A stretch of DNA of 58,683 nt from an uncultured Clostridia bacterium (lineage in GTDB: Bacteria > Bacillota > Sulfobacillia > SLMV01). The position numbers and the translations under genes were made by a program. Of the stretch, positions 17,240-26,838 are shown in pieces. Position 1 is the first letter of the stretch, and every line of letters starts with the position of its first letter. The notes beneath the pieces are model-generated. The model searched no databases. It saw only the letters and a program-made list of their open reading frames with translations, and had not been told where the DNA came from. The stretch covers positions 38,277 through 96,959 of the forward strand of contig CAZRFK010000001.1 in NCBI GenBank assembly GCA_964599275.1, given 5' to 3'.

Positions 17240-18658
17240 GTGAATGTACGTGTTAGGTTTGCACCCAGCCCGACTGGATATATGCACATCGGGAATGTAA
17301 GAACTGCCTTATTCAACTGGCTCTTTGCTCGACAGAAGAACGGCCTTTTTATACTGCGCATTGAGGATACTGACTTACAGCGAAACGTTGAGGATGCAGT
17401 AGATGTAATTACTGAAGGACTATCCTGGATTGGAATGGACTGGGATGAAGGCCCTGAAGTGGGAGGAGACTACGGCCCATACTTCCAGAGTCAACGTCTC
17501 GATCTTTATCATGAACATGCCCAGATACTTCTACAGAACGATCGGGCGTACGTCTGTACCTGCAGCCCAGATAAAGAGGAAACTGACTGTCGCTGCAGGG
17601 ATAAAATGGATGAAGATAAACAGATCTCTGAGGGCAACGCTGTAAAGTTTGTTAATCCCGGTGGAACTACTGAATTTGCTGATATAGTCCAGGATGAACT
17701 CTCTTTCGAAAATGAACAATTTGGAGACTATATCCTGATAAAATCGGATGAAACGCCAACTTACAATTTTGCAAATGTCGTCGATGACCATGCAATGGAC
17801 ATTACCCACGTCATAAGAGGCGACGACCACGTTTCCAATACTCCCAGACAGTTGATGCTTTATGAGGCCTTTGATTTTGAACCACCGAAATTTGCCCACC
17901 TTCCGCAGATTCTTGCAGATGATGGAGCTCGTATGAGTAAAAGGCATGGGGCGGCCTCCTTAAATGAACTCCGAGACCGAGGATTTTTGCCTCAAGCAAC
18001 AATGAATTACCTGGCACTTTTAGGCTGGGCACCCGAAGGGGAAAGAGAGTTTTTGGATACGGAACAGTTAATACAGGAGTTTCAGCTGGACAGGGTAAAT
18101 AAATCTCCAGCCCAGTTCAATATGAAAAGACTTATACACCTGAACTCTCTGCATATGGAAGAAACCCCGCTTGAAGAAAGAGCAAAACTCGCAGCGAACA
18201 TCCTGAAGGACCAATCTTTAATAGATGCCGAGAACCTCGATTCTCCCGAAGTGATGAAGAAGATATCCGCAATTGTGGAGGCATTGGGAACAAGATTCAA
18301 GTATGGAGAACACATCCTGGATTACGGTGCTCACTTTTTCTCCGACGAATACCTTGAAATAGATGAGGATCTGTATTCCTATTTGTCTGAACCTTCTGTC
18401 CGTGCCGCCCTGCGGGATTCTGCCAGCAAATTTGAACAGCTAGCGCAATGGACCATTGACAATATTGAGCAGGTCATCAGAGATACAGCAGACGCCCACG
18501 ACTTGAAAGCCGCTCCTTTGATTCATGCATTGAGGGTATCTCTATCCGGAAAAACCGTCGGCCCGGGCCTGTTTACCCTGGTGCATCTTGTTGGGCAGGA
18601 TGAATGTGCCAGGCGCATTGAAAGTGCCCTTGAACAGGTTGAACAAAAAACGAACTGA
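17240..18658 (+). CDS. gltX: Glutamyl-tRNA synthetase
   Basis: VRVRFAPSPTGYMHIGN (HIGH motif), RMSKRHG (KMSKS motif) and a Cys cluster CTCSPDKEETDCRC. I prefer the GTG at 17240, with GGGGGA 9 nt upstream, to the track ATG at 17219. Confidence 0.9.
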   Translation: MNVRVRFAPSPTGYMHIGNVRTALFNWLFARQKNGLFILRIEDTDLQRNVEDAVDVITEGLSWIGMDWDEGPEVGGDYGPYFQSQRLDLYHEHAQILLQNDRAYVCTCSPDKEETDCRCRDKMDEDKQISEGNAVKFVNPGGTTEFADIVQDELSFENEQFGDYILIKSDETPTYNFANVVDDHAMDITHVIRGDDHVSNTPRQLMLYEAFDFEPPKFAHLPQILADDGARMSKRHGAASLNELRDRGFLPQATMNYLALLGWAPEGEREFLDTEQLIQEFQLDRVNKSPAQFNMKRLIHLNSLHMEETPLEERAKLAANILKDQSLIDAENLDSPEVMKKISAIVEALGTRFKYGEHILDYGAHFFSDEYLEIDEDLYSYLSEPSVRAALRDSASKFEQLAQWTIDNIEQVIRDTADAHDLKAAPLIHALRVSLSGKTVGPGLFTLVHLVGQDECARRIESALEQVEQKTN

Positions 18659-18689
18659 ATCTAATTGTTCCACTATAATCTAATCTACT

Positions 18690-18727
18690 GGAGGCCCGAA
18701 ACCATATCTGGGCCTCCATTTTCATCT
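18690..18727 (+). terminator. Intrinsic terminator after gltX
   Basis: GGAGGCCC-gaaaccatatct-GGGCCTCC followed by ATTTTCATCTTCTT. Confidence 0.8.
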
Positions 18728-18905
18728 TCTTCGCTTTTATATCCCACTCAGAATGATAATTTCTACTCCCAAGGCGCAGGATTATGGATTTATTTAGAGA
18801 AGAATTTACTACAAACCCCCATTTTCGTTTATCCTCCCCTGCCTTTAAATTATGAATTTGGTAGGTACGTGAATCAGGTAGACCCTAGGAGGGGAGCTAC
18901 AGTCG

Positions 18906-19613
18906 ATGAATATCGCCAGAAGGGATGAGTTTGCCCGTTTCGCAAAGATAGTGGGCATGGCAACCACCTACATACATGAAATCAAGAATCGTTTGACCGT
19001 CATTCGTTCCCATGCCCAGATTGCTCATATCAGTGACAGAGAAGCATCTGCACATCTTGACTCCATAATCCATCAGGTGGATTACATTAATGAACTTTTC
19101 AATGGTATAGTTAGTGGGTTCAAGCCCACTGAAAAAGATACTATTGAATATGATTATCTGAATCAAATTATCGAGGAAACTATAGAATTTAACTCCCCCC
19201 GTATCGAGAAAAAAGAGATTGATATCATTACTGCCATCCAGGATGACATAAAGAAATCCAAGCATCTCGCAGAATATATACGATGCGTTCTATTCATCCT
19301 TATTGACAATGCAGTCGCAGCCACCCCACATGGAGGGCAGATCACTATCAGCTGCTACTGCAATCAGAGGCAAATGGTAATTAGGATAATAGATACAGGC
19401 CCTGGAATCCGCTCTGAAGAAAAGAAGAAAATTTTCGAGCCGTTTTATTCAGATAAACAAACAGGTTTTGGACTGGGACTGTATTTGGCCCAGTTTTTGG
19501 TACATGAACTGCTTGATGGGAGAATGCAGGTCAATTCAGAATTGGGAGAGGGCACAGAGTTTATCATTACTACTTTTCCTGCTAGAAGCCCTGCGTGCTA
19601 TTCAACCATATAA
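18906..19613 (+). CDS. Sensor-less (DHp + CA only) cytoplasmic histidine kinase
   Basis: The H-box YIHEIKNRL lies about 20 aa from the N-terminus. N-box LIDNAVAAT. G-boxes IDTGPGI and GFGLGLYLAQ. There is no TM or PAS segment. AGGAGGGGAG lies upstream of the ATG. Confidence 0.8.
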   Translation: MNIARRDEFARFAKIVGMATTYIHEIKNRLTVIRSHAQIAHISDREASAHLDSIIHQVDYINELFNGIVSGFKPTEKDTIEYDYLNQIIEETIEFNSPRIEKKEIDIITAIQDDIKKSKHLAEYIRCVLFILIDNAVAATPHGGQITISCYCNQRQMVIRIIDTGPGIRSEEKKKIFEPFYSDKQTGFGLGLYLAQFLVHELLDGRMQVNSELGEGTEFIITTFPARSPACYSTI

Positions 19614-19622
19614 TAAAAATTG

Positions 19623-19694
19623 TGACCCCAGCGGGAATTGAACCCGCGTCTTCAGCTTGAAAGGCTGATGTCTTCGCCACTTGACTATGGGGCC
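19623..19694 (-). tRNA. tRNA-Glu (anticodon UUC), CCA not encoded
   Basis: Hand-folded. Acceptor GGCCCCA/TGGGGTC, anticodon loop CTTTCAA, T-arm GCGGGTTCAATTCCCGC, discriminator A. Confidence 0.9.
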
Positions 19695-19736
19695 ACAAAA
19701 CCTTAGATTCAACTTTTAATTTTAATTTCCTGCCTG

Positions 19737-19810
19737 TGGGCCCAGTTGGATTCGAACCAACGACCTTGGGTTTATGAGACCCCTGCTCTGACCAACTGAG
19801 CTATGGGCCC
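19737..19810 (-). tRNA. tRNA with CAU anticodon (elongator Met or lysidine-modified Ile2, not an initiator)
   Basis: Acceptor GGGCCCA/TGGGCCC with a G1-C72 pair. Anticodon loop CTCATAA. A T-A pair sits next to the loop, so the initiator GGG/CCC signature is absent. CCA is not encoded. Confidence 0.85.
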
Positions 19811-19836
19811 TTCACAAGCATGAGCAGTGTATTTAT

Positions 19837-19911
19837 TGGCTCCACGGGCAGGACTCGAACCTGCAACCCTCCGGTTAACAGCCGGACGCTCTGCCATTGA
19901 GCTACCGTGGA
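19837..19911 (-). tRNA. tRNA-Asn (anticodon GUU), CCA encoded
   Basis: Acceptor TCCACGG/CCGTGGA, anticodon loop CTGTTAA, T-arm GCAGGTTCGAGTCCTGC, 3' GCCA. Confidence 0.9.
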
Positions 19912-19961
19912 GCGTGACTTTCATTCCTTCATCCTCACACTCATCAACGTCAGCATAGCCT

Positions 19962-19990
19962 ATTATAGTTAGCCTCAGAGATTTCGTCAA
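19962..19990 (-). promoter_or_regulatory. Near-consensus sigma-A promoter driving the tRNA cluster (TTGACG-17-TATAAT)
   Basis: Minus strand: TTGACG at 19990-19985, a 17-nt spacer, TATAAT at 19967-19962. It lies about 50 nt upstream of tRNA-Asn. Confidence 0.6.
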
Positions 19991-20013
19991 GGTCGCTATT
20001 TTAATCTGAGAAT

Positions 20014-21153
20014 TTACTCCACGTAATCCTTCAAAGTTGTGCTTCTCTTCGGATGACGTAGCTTGCGCAATGCTTTGGCCTCAATTTGCCGAATTCGCTC
20101 TCTTGTCACTCCGAATACCTGACCGACTTCTTCCAAAGTACGTGCTCTTTCATCATCTAGACCAAATCTAAGACGCAGAACCTTCTCTTCACGCGGAGTC
20201 AATGTGTGCAGAACATCCTCCAACTGATCCTGAAGCAACGCAAAAGAGGCGGCGTCGGAAGGCTCTTCTGCTTCCTCATCAGGGATGAAGTCCCCCAGAT
20301 GACTATCTTCTTCTTCTCCTATCGGGGTTTCAAGCGACACCGGTTCCTGAGAAATCTTTTTGATCTCACGTACTCGCTCAGGCTCGATATCCATTTCTTC
20401 TGCTATCTCTTCTGCCGTCGGCTCACGACCAAGCTCCTGCAGCAGCTGCCTGGATACACGTATTAATTTGTTGATCGTTTCCACCATGTGAACAGGTATA
20501 CGGATAGTCCTGGCCTGATCTGCTATGGCTCTAGTGATCGCCTGACGTATCCACCATGTGGCGTAAGTGCTGAACTTGTATCCCTTCCGGTAGTCGAACT
20601 TCTCCACCGCTTTCATCAAGCCCAGGTTACCTTCCTGAATGAGATCCAAAAACAGCATCCCACGACCAACATAGCGTTTGGCTATGCTCACTACCAGCCG
20701 TAGGTTTGCCTCGACCAGTTGACGCCGAGCACTCTCATCCCCATCTTCAATTCGTCGTGCCAATTCTTTTTCTTCATCTGCACTCAAAAGGTCTACACGG
20801 CCTATTTCTTTGAGATACATGCGAACAGGGTCATCAAGAGATACACCCTCCGGAATATCGATGTCCGTTCCTTCATCTTCATCATCCGGATCACCTTCGA
20901 TGTCAATCCCCTTTTCCTTGAGGTGTTCGTATATATCCTCAATTTCTGCCACAGAGAGCTCAACATCTTCCAGGGCATCCATAACATCCTGATAAGACAG
21001 TACACCCTCGTCATGTCCCTCGTCTACAAGCTCCTGAACCTCAGAAAGTTCCAAGTGGCTTTTTTCATCATCAACTACTGTTTCTTCGGCCAACTGACCT
21101 TCCCCACTTCCATCATCATTAGGTGTTATTTCAGACGCAGTCAACTCTATCAC
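20014..21153 (-). CDS. sigA: Primary RNA polymerase sigma factor (SigA/RpoD)
   Basis: Acidic region 1, region 2 [29 protein letters not shown] and region 4 [30 protein letters not shown]. Confidence 0.95.
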   Translation of the reverse strand: MIELTASEITPNDDGSGEGQLAEETVVDDEKSHLELSEVQELVDEGHDEGVLSYQDVMDALEDVELSVAEIEDIYEHLKEKGIDIEGDPDDEDEGTDIDIPEGVSLDDPVRMYLKEIGRVDLLSADEEKELARRIEDGDESARRQLVEANLRLVVSIAKRYVGRGMLFLDLIQEGNLGLMKAVEKFDYRKGYKFSTYATWWIRQAITRAIADQARTIRIPVHMVETINKLIRVSRQLLQELGREPTAEEIAEEMDIEPERVREIKKISQEPVSLETPIGEEEDSHLGDFIPDEEAEEPSDAASFALLQDQLEDVLHTLTPREEKVLRLRFGLDDERARTLEEVGQVFGVTRERIRQIEAKALRKLRHPKRSTTLKDYVE

Positions 21154-21168
21154 TCCCGACGATAAATC

Positions 21169-22992
21169 TCAAAAAGACCTGAAGCGCGATTTTTTCAGTT
21201 CTCTAATAAGTTCTGCCTGTTCTCGTAAAATCTTACGGGGTACCTTTTCCCCTTCTTGGTCGTGTCTAGCTATAATATTGTCTAACTCCTCAATCCGCCT
21301 CATTTTTCTCCTGCAGATCAAAAGCTCCATGCAATCAGAAAACACTTTGTCAACGGAGTTATCTGGAATTTCTTCCTCCATAAGGATTTCTGAAAAAATA
21401 CGTCTTATCTCTTCTTTATCACAATCACTCAAGACTTCAGACCGAAGCCTATCAATATCCTGGCAATTACTATTCAGTACGGCTTCAGCAAAAGACTGGT
21501 GAACACTGTTTTCAAAATCCTCCGGGTTCAGAGATTCTCTTGCACGCTGTAGGAATCTTTGTGTATAAAACATTAATTTTATTAACTGACGTTCAGCCCG
21601 CCATTGACCCAGATTGTTATCAGGTAAATATTTAATACCGTAATTTTCCTTAATATTATGTCTATCTCTATCAGGTTTATGCTTTTGTTCCACTTTTTGC
21701 AACTTACTTAATTGTTTTCTAACCGCTTTTTCGTCCACTCTAAGTGATTGAGCCATAAATCGAATTCTATCAGCCCTAACTACCTCGTCCTCCTCAGCCC
21801 ATATCAGAGGTGCCATATCACGTATAATATGAGCCTTACCTTCCGCTGCCGACCTGTCTCTACGTTTAAGACTACGTTCCCAGCAAAACTGAAAGAAGCT
21901 TTTTGCCTGCTCGAGATGCTTGTTAAATATATCCTTCCCCTCTTCATTTAACACGTCATCCGGATCCTTATCTTCGGGTAAATCGACCACTTTCAATGCA
22001 ATCGATGTACCGGTAAATTGATTCAAACTTCTTACCGCAGCATCAGAACCAGCAGCATCCGCATCATAAGCAACGTAGACATTATCGGTATATCTGGCCA
22101 ACAGCTGGGCATGTTCAGCGGTCAGAGATGTACCCATAGAAGCAACTGTCTCCTGCCAACCGTGAGCAGAACATGCCAAAACATCTATATATCCTTCGAC
22201 AATTATCGCTCTATTCCTTTTACGAATACGAGATCTGGCCTGCTCCAAGCCGTACCATACCTGCCGTTTCTTAAACAAAGGACTATCAGGTGTGTTCAAA
22301 TATTTGGGTTCCGCGTTAGAGTCTATGACTCTCCCACCAAAACCAACTACATTGCCGCGCGGATCAGTAATGGGAAATATAATTCTACCCCTAAAAACAT
22401 CATAGTAGTTATCCGTTTTTTTGCTTTTATTTACTACGCCCATCATTTTTGCCGCTTTCAGGTTTGCTCCGTGTTTTTCAAGATAACCACACAATGCATC
22501 CCAACTATCCGGAGCCCATCCCAAGCGGTAATCTTTCTGAACTTCACGAGGAACTTTTCGTTCCTTGAGATATTTTGCTGCTGGGCGATTCTGCTCAAGT
22601 TTTTGCTGATAGAACTTACAAACAAAATCCCCCAATTTTATTAAATATTTTCTGACTCTTGCCCGTTGTGAACGCCTTCTCTGTGACTCTGAACTCTGCG
22701 AGTCCGAGGGCATGTCCAGACCTGCACGTTCAGCCAAAAACTCCAGTGCTTCTCTGAATTCCAACCCCTCAATCTCCATGATGAAATTGAAGATATCGCC
22801 CCCCGCCTGGCAGCCGAAACAGTAGTAAAGCTGCTGGGTAGGAGACACAGTAAATGAGGGCGTATCCTCTTGATGAAACGGACACAGTCCAACAAAGTTT
22901 TTGCCTTGTTGTTCAAGACGTACATACTGCGACACAACTTCGATAATATCATTACTATCACGGACCTGCTCAACGAATCCATCTGTCGACAT
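21169..22992 (-). CDS. dnaG: DNA primase DnaG
   Basis: Zinc finger CPFHQEDTPSFTVSPTQQLYYCFGCQAGGD. TOPRIM IIVEGYIDVL and YDADAAG. The ATG at 22992 is preceded by GAGAGGTG 7 nt upstream, so I prefer it to the track start at 23022. Confidence 0.95.
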   Translation of the reverse strand: MSTDGFVEQVRDSNDIIEVVSQYVRLEQQGKNFVGLCPFHQEDTPSFTVSPTQQLYYCFGCQAGGDIFNFIMEIEGLEFREALEFLAERAGLDMPSDSQSSESQRRRSQRARVRKYLIKLGDFVCKFYQQKLEQNRPAAKYLKERKVPREVQKDYRLGWAPDSWDALCGYLEKHGANLKAAKMMGVVNKSKKTDNYYDVFRGRIIFPITDPRGNVVGFGGRVIDSNAEPKYLNTPDSPLFKKRQVWYGLEQARSRIRKRNRAIIVEGYIDVLACSAHGWQETVASMGTSLTAEHAQLLARYTDNVYVAYDADAAGSDAAVRSLNQFTGTSIALKVVDLPEDKDPDDVLNEEGKDIFNKHLEQAKSFFQFCWERSLKRRDRSAAEGKAHIIRDMAPLIWAEEDEVVRADRIRFMAQSLRVDEKAVRKQLSKLQKVEQKHKPDRDRHNIKENYGIKYLPDNNLGQWRAERQLIKLMFYTQRFLQRARESLNPEDFENSVHQSFAEAVLNSNCQDIDRLRSEVLSDCDKEEIRRIFSEILMEEEIPDNSVDKVFSDCMELLICRRKMRRIEELDNIIARHDQEGEKVPRKILREQAELIRELKKSRFRSF

Positions 22993-23185
22993 TACCAGGC
23001 ACCTCTCTTGTCCATTCCACAAAATCGGGGAGTTTAAACATTTTCTTCAGAATCAATTCTAGAAGTCCAGAATGTTCAGCTAAGCAACCATTCTAAACAG
23101 TTACAGTGCCGGTATGTCTCTGAACCGTTGCAAAACTCAAAAACGCCAGAAACTTCAACTCACAATTTCATGCTCAACATGATCA

Positions 23186-23219
23186 AAATCAAAAAGGCCG
23201 GGGCATTTGATAATGCCCC
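23186..23219 (-). terminator. Intrinsic terminator after ppdK
   Basis: Minus strand: GGGGCATT-atca-AATGCCCC followed by GGCCTTTTTGATTTTG. Confidence 0.8.
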
Positions 23220-23291
23220 AGACTTACTAGAAACGATACTTCTTATTTGTGTTTCTCTAATAAAGGTCAAACTCCTGCCGATAGTGTGAAG

Positions 23292-25967
23292 TCAATCTGT
23301 TTTTTGGACATCTTTCGTATTCTTGATGGCAGATTGAGCCGCAGCCAGTCGAGCCACTGGGAGTCTGTAAGGGGAACAGCTGACATAATCCATGCCTATC
23401 TCTGCACAAAACTCAATGGACTTCGGCTCGCCACCATGCTCACCGCAGATACCAACTTCCAAATCGGGTCTTGTATCTCTACCCAACTGAATTCCCATAG
23501 CAACCAACTTACCTACTCCATTTTTATCCAGGACGGCAAAAGGATTATCATCTAAAATTCCTTCAGATAGATAATGGTGGAGGAACTTGGCCTCAGCATC
23601 ATCACGACTGAACCCATAGGTGGTTTGAGTAAGATCGTTGGTACCGAAGGAGAAAAACTCCGCCACCTCAGCAATTTTATCTGCCGTAACGCAGGCCCGC
23701 GGGACCTCTATCATGGTACCAATACCGAAGTCTATATCAACCTGCTCTCCATCCAACACTGACAGAGCAGTTTCCCGAATCTGAGCTGCCAGAAGTTCAC
23801 ATTCACATGCATCACTGACAAGCGGAATCATAATTTCAGGATGCACCTCAATCCCCTCCTGGTGCACATCTACAGCAGCCTGCATAATAGCACGGGCCTG
23901 CATCTGATACATCTCCGGATATAACAAGCCCAATCTGCAGCCCCGCTGCCCCAACATGGGATTGCTTTCATGCAACGTTTCTGCCCGGCTTAATACTTTT
24001 TTCTTGCGGAATAATTCAACACTTTCAACTCCTTCACTGCGCATTTTACTCACCTGCTCTTTGAGGGTTGAAATATCCGGCAAGAACTCGTGCAGAGGCG
24101 GGTCAAGAAGGCGTATGGTTACCGGTAATCCATCCATTATACGGAAAATGGCAGAAAAGTCTCCACGCTGCATAGGGAGCAGTTTTTCTAAAGTCTCCTC
24201 CCGCTCCTGGATTGTTTCCGCCATAATCATCTCCTGCATGACAGCCAGTCTATTGGTATCCATAAACATGTGTTCGGTACGGCAAAGTCCGATTCCTTCA
24301 CTCCCAAACTCCCTCGCTATTTGCGCATCTTCAGGAGTGTCAGCATTTACTCGAACACCTATATCACGATATTCATCTGCCCATTCCAGAAGCGAATTGA
24401 ATTCCTCAGATAATGTGGGCTCAATAAGCGGGGCTTCCTGTGCATAAACTTCTCCGGTTGCTCCATCGATAGTCAGAACATCATCCTTTTTTATGGTGAA
24501 CTTTGGAGTTTCGACAACACCTTTGGTTAGGTCGATATCCAGTTCATCACAACCAACCACACATGGTTTGCCCATGCCGCGGGCTACGATGGCCGCGTGA
24601 CAGGTCATCCCACCGCGGCTGGTCAGCACACCGTCAGCCTCCACAATACCGTGTACGTCATCGGGTGTTGTTTCGGGGCGTATAAGAATCACGTGTTCTC
24701 CCCGCTGGCTGCGCACCTCCGCTTCATCTGCATCAAAAACAACTTTTCCACTGGCCGCTCCGGGAGAAGCAGGTAAACCTTTTGCTATTGATTCTAACTG
24801 GCTGTCAGGGTCAATTTTGGGATGAAGTAAAACGTCTATGTGGTCTGGCTCAACCCTCATAAGCGCTTCTTTTTCTTCAATAAGGCCTTCAGTCACCATA
24901 TCATAGGCTATTTTCACTGCGGCCGCGGCAGTTCGCTTCCCGGTCCGGGTCTGCAGTAAATACAGCTGACCATCTTCTATAGTAAACTCGATATCCTGCA
25001 TATCACGATAATGTTTTTCCAGTGTTTCGGCGGCGTTTTCCAGCTGTTCAGATACCCCGGGCATTTCAACCTTAAGTTTGGAAACCTCTTTGGGCGTGCG
25101 TATCCCGGCAACAACATCTTCTCCCTGAGCATTTAGCAGATATTCACCATATAGCCATTTTTCACCTGTTGAGGGATTCCTACTGAAAACAACACCTGTC
25201 CCCGAATTCTGTCCCCGGTTGCCAAAAACCATGGCTTGTACGTTTACAGCTGTACCCAGGTCATTTGGAATACCATGAACCCGCCTGTAAACACGAGCAC
25301 GCTCGTTATTCCATGAAGCAAATACTGCCTCAACGGCGGTAAGCAGCTGTTTACGGGGGTTTTGTGGGAATGTCTCACCGGTCTCCTTGTGATAGATCTC
25401 TTTATAATCCTCTACTACTGCCCGAAGTTCAGCAGTTGTAAGATCAGTATCGTTATCAGCGTCAGCAGATTCCTTGACGTCTGACAGGATGCGTTCGAAT
25501 TCGTTAATGGAAATGCCTTTAACGACATTACCAAACATCTGAATCAGCCGTCTGTAGCAATCCAGAGCAAAACGTCCATCCTGGGTTACTTCTGCAAGAC
25601 CAGAGACTGTATCATCATTTAAGCCCAGGTTGAGAATGGTATCCATCATTCCCGGCATAGATATGCTGGCTCCTGAGCGAACTGATACCAGGAGAGGATT
25701 TACCTCATCACCTAAAGATTGGTCTTTCTGTTCCTCCAGCTTACAAAGATATTTGTCTATCTGTTCTTTCATCACCGCAGTAAGTTCTCCGCGTCGCACA
25801 TATTCAGTACAGGCATCAGTAGTAATAGTAAACCCCGGCGGGACAGGAAGTCCCATTCGAGTCATCTCAGCCAGATTGGCTCCCTTACCTCCCAGCAGAT
25901 CTTTCATATCAGCCTGACCCTCAGCAAACGAGTACACATATTTCACATCAGCTACTGAATCAGTCAC
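23292..25967 (-). CDS. ppdK: Pyruvate, phosphate dikinase
   Basis: KYVYSFAEGQADMKDLLGGKGANLAEM at the N-terminus. Catalytic His loop GGMTCHAAIVARGMG. C-terminal PEP-utilising domain. I place the start at GTG 25967 (GGAGA 8 nt upstream). The track ORF from 26081 would overlap the upstream gene by more than 100 nt. Confidence 0.95.
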   Translation of the reverse strand: MTDSVADVKYVYSFAEGQADMKDLLGGKGANLAEMTRMGLPVPPGFTITTDACTEYVRRGELTAVMKEQIDKYLCKLEEQKDQSLGDEVNPLLVSVRSGASISMPGMMDTILNLGLNDDTVSGLAEVTQDGRFALDCYRRLIQMFGNVVKGISINEFERILSDVKESADADNDTDLTTAELRAVVEDYKEIYHKETGETFPQNPRKQLLTAVEAVFASWNNERARVYRRVHGIPNDLGTAVNVQAMVFGNRGQNSGTGVVFSRNPSTGEKWLYGEYLLNAQGEDVVAGIRTPKEVSKLKVEMPGVSEQLENAAETLEKHYRDMQDIEFTIEDGQLYLLQTRTGKRTAAAAVKIAYDMVTEGLIEEKEALMRVEPDHIDVLLHPKIDPDSQLESIAKGLPASPGAASGKVVFDADEAEVRSQRGEHVILIRPETTPDDVHGIVEADGVLTSRGGMTCHAAIVARGMGKPCVVGCDELDIDLTKGVVETPKFTIKKDDVLTIDGATGEVYAQEAPLIEPTLSEEFNSLLEWADEYRDIGVRVNADTPEDAQIAREFGSEGIGLCRTEHMFMDTNRLAVMQEMIMAETIQEREETLEKLLPMQRGDFSAIFRIMDGLPVTIRLLDPPLHEFLPDISTLKEQVSKMRSEGVESVELFRKKKVLSRAETLHESNPMLGQRGCRLGLLYPEMYQMQARAIMQAAVDVHQEGIEVHPEIMIPLVSDACECELLAAQIRETALSVLDGEQVDIDFGIGTMIEVPRACVTADKIAEVAEFFSFGTNDLTQTTYGFSRDDAEAKFLHHYLSEGILDDNPFAVLDKNGVGKLVAMGIQLGRDTRPDLEVGICGEHGGEPKSIEFCAEIGMDYVSCSPYRLPVARLAAAQSAIKNTKDVQKTD

Positions 25968-26793
25968 TGAACCAATCTCCTTCCCGCATGATCTCCAAAA
26001 CTGTCGTGGCTGTTTCCTCAACTGCCCGACTGGTGACCTCCACAACCGGACATCCCAACTGTTCAAACACCTCCTGAGCATACTGCAGTTCCGCTCGGAT
26101 GCGAGTCAGGTCATCATAGTGAGATGCTGCTTTCAAACCAAGTCGGTGAATCCTCTGCCGACGGATCTGTTGAAGCTGCGCTGCATTTATGGTCAATCCT
26201 ACTACCCGTTCTTTAACCTGGTAAATCTCTTCAGGTAATTCAATCTCAGGCACCAGAGGATAATTAGCGGCTTTTATTTCACGGTGAGCCAAATACATAC
26301 AGACAGGAGTCTTGGACGTGCGCGAAACTCCCACCAAAACTACATCTGCCTCCAAAAACCCTCGTGGACTCTTGCCGTCATCATATTTGACTGCAAATTC
26401 CACTGCAGCAACTCTACGGAAATACTGCTCATCCATGCGGTGAATGATACCCGGCTCTTGTCTCGGTTGTCGACCCAGGACATTTTTCATGCCTTGGATA
26501 ATTGGTCCCATGATGTCTACTGTATGTATGCCCTCTTGTTCACACCTTTTTTCAAGATACTTCTGGACAGATGGAACTACCAGGGTGTAAATAACCATGG
26601 TCGGTCTGGAGTTGGACACACGCTCCAGTGCATCGTCCACCTTTTCCCGAGAGTTTATGAAAGGAATACGCTCCACCTGTATTCCCCCTGAATTACGCTC
26701 AAACTGGCTGAGAGCCGCCCTGGCTACCAGCTCAGCTGTCTCTCCCACTGAATCCGACAGTACATATATTGTCTCCTCCGGTGACTCAACCAA
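25960..26793 (-). CDS. Pyruvate phosphate dikinase regulatory protein (DUF299 kinase/phosphorylase, B. subtilis YqfL homologue)
   Basis: IYVLSDSVGETAE at the N-terminus. P-loop VVLVGVSRTSKTPVCMYLA. It overlaps the inferred ppdK start by 8 nt. Confidence 0.85.
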   Translation of the reverse strand: MVESPEETIYVLSDSVGETAELVARAALSQFERNSGGIQVERIPFINSREKVDDALERVSNSRPTMVIYTLVVPSVQKYLEKRCEQEGIHTVDIMGPIIQGMKNVLGRQPRQEPGIIHRMDEQYFRRVAAVEFAVKYDDGKSPRGFLEADVVLVGVSRTSKTPVCMYLAHREIKAANYPLVPEIELPEEIYQVKERVVGLTINAAQLQQIRRQRIHRLGLKAASHYDDLTRIRAELQYAQEVFEQLGCPVVEVTSRAVEETATTVLEIMREGDWFSD

Positions 26794-26838
26794 GCGATAT
26801 CACCCATTCTTGATTTGTGGATAACTCTAGATCCAGGA

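Noticed and set aside
18760-18800. A sigma-H-like motif (AGGATTA ... GAAGAAT) upstream of the orphan histidine kinase.
   Set aside because: The spacing between the -35-like and -10-like elements is about 2 nt longer than the consensus. The -35 element also deviates, so I did not call it a feature.
19772-19990. A 72-aa minus-strand ORF in the track.
   Set aside because: It is built entirely from the tRNA-CAU and tRNA-Asn genes and their promoter region, so it is not coding.
22018-22644. Shadow ORFs of 160-210 aa antisense to dnaG (22018-22644), ppdK (23956-24447) and yqfD (37192-37701). Another (29649-30242) is antisense to glyQ and its leader.
   Set aside because: All lie opposite strongly supported genes or the glyQS leader. 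Their translations are Ser/Thr/Pro/Cys-rich or hydrophobic nonsense. They have no motifs and no RBS.
25968-26081. An N-terminal extension that makes the ppdK ORF 929 aa, starting at 26081.
   Set aside because: The extension would overlap the regulatory-protein gene by 122 nt. PPDK family N-termini begin near KYVY..F.EG. The GTG at 25967 has a proper GGAGA RBS.
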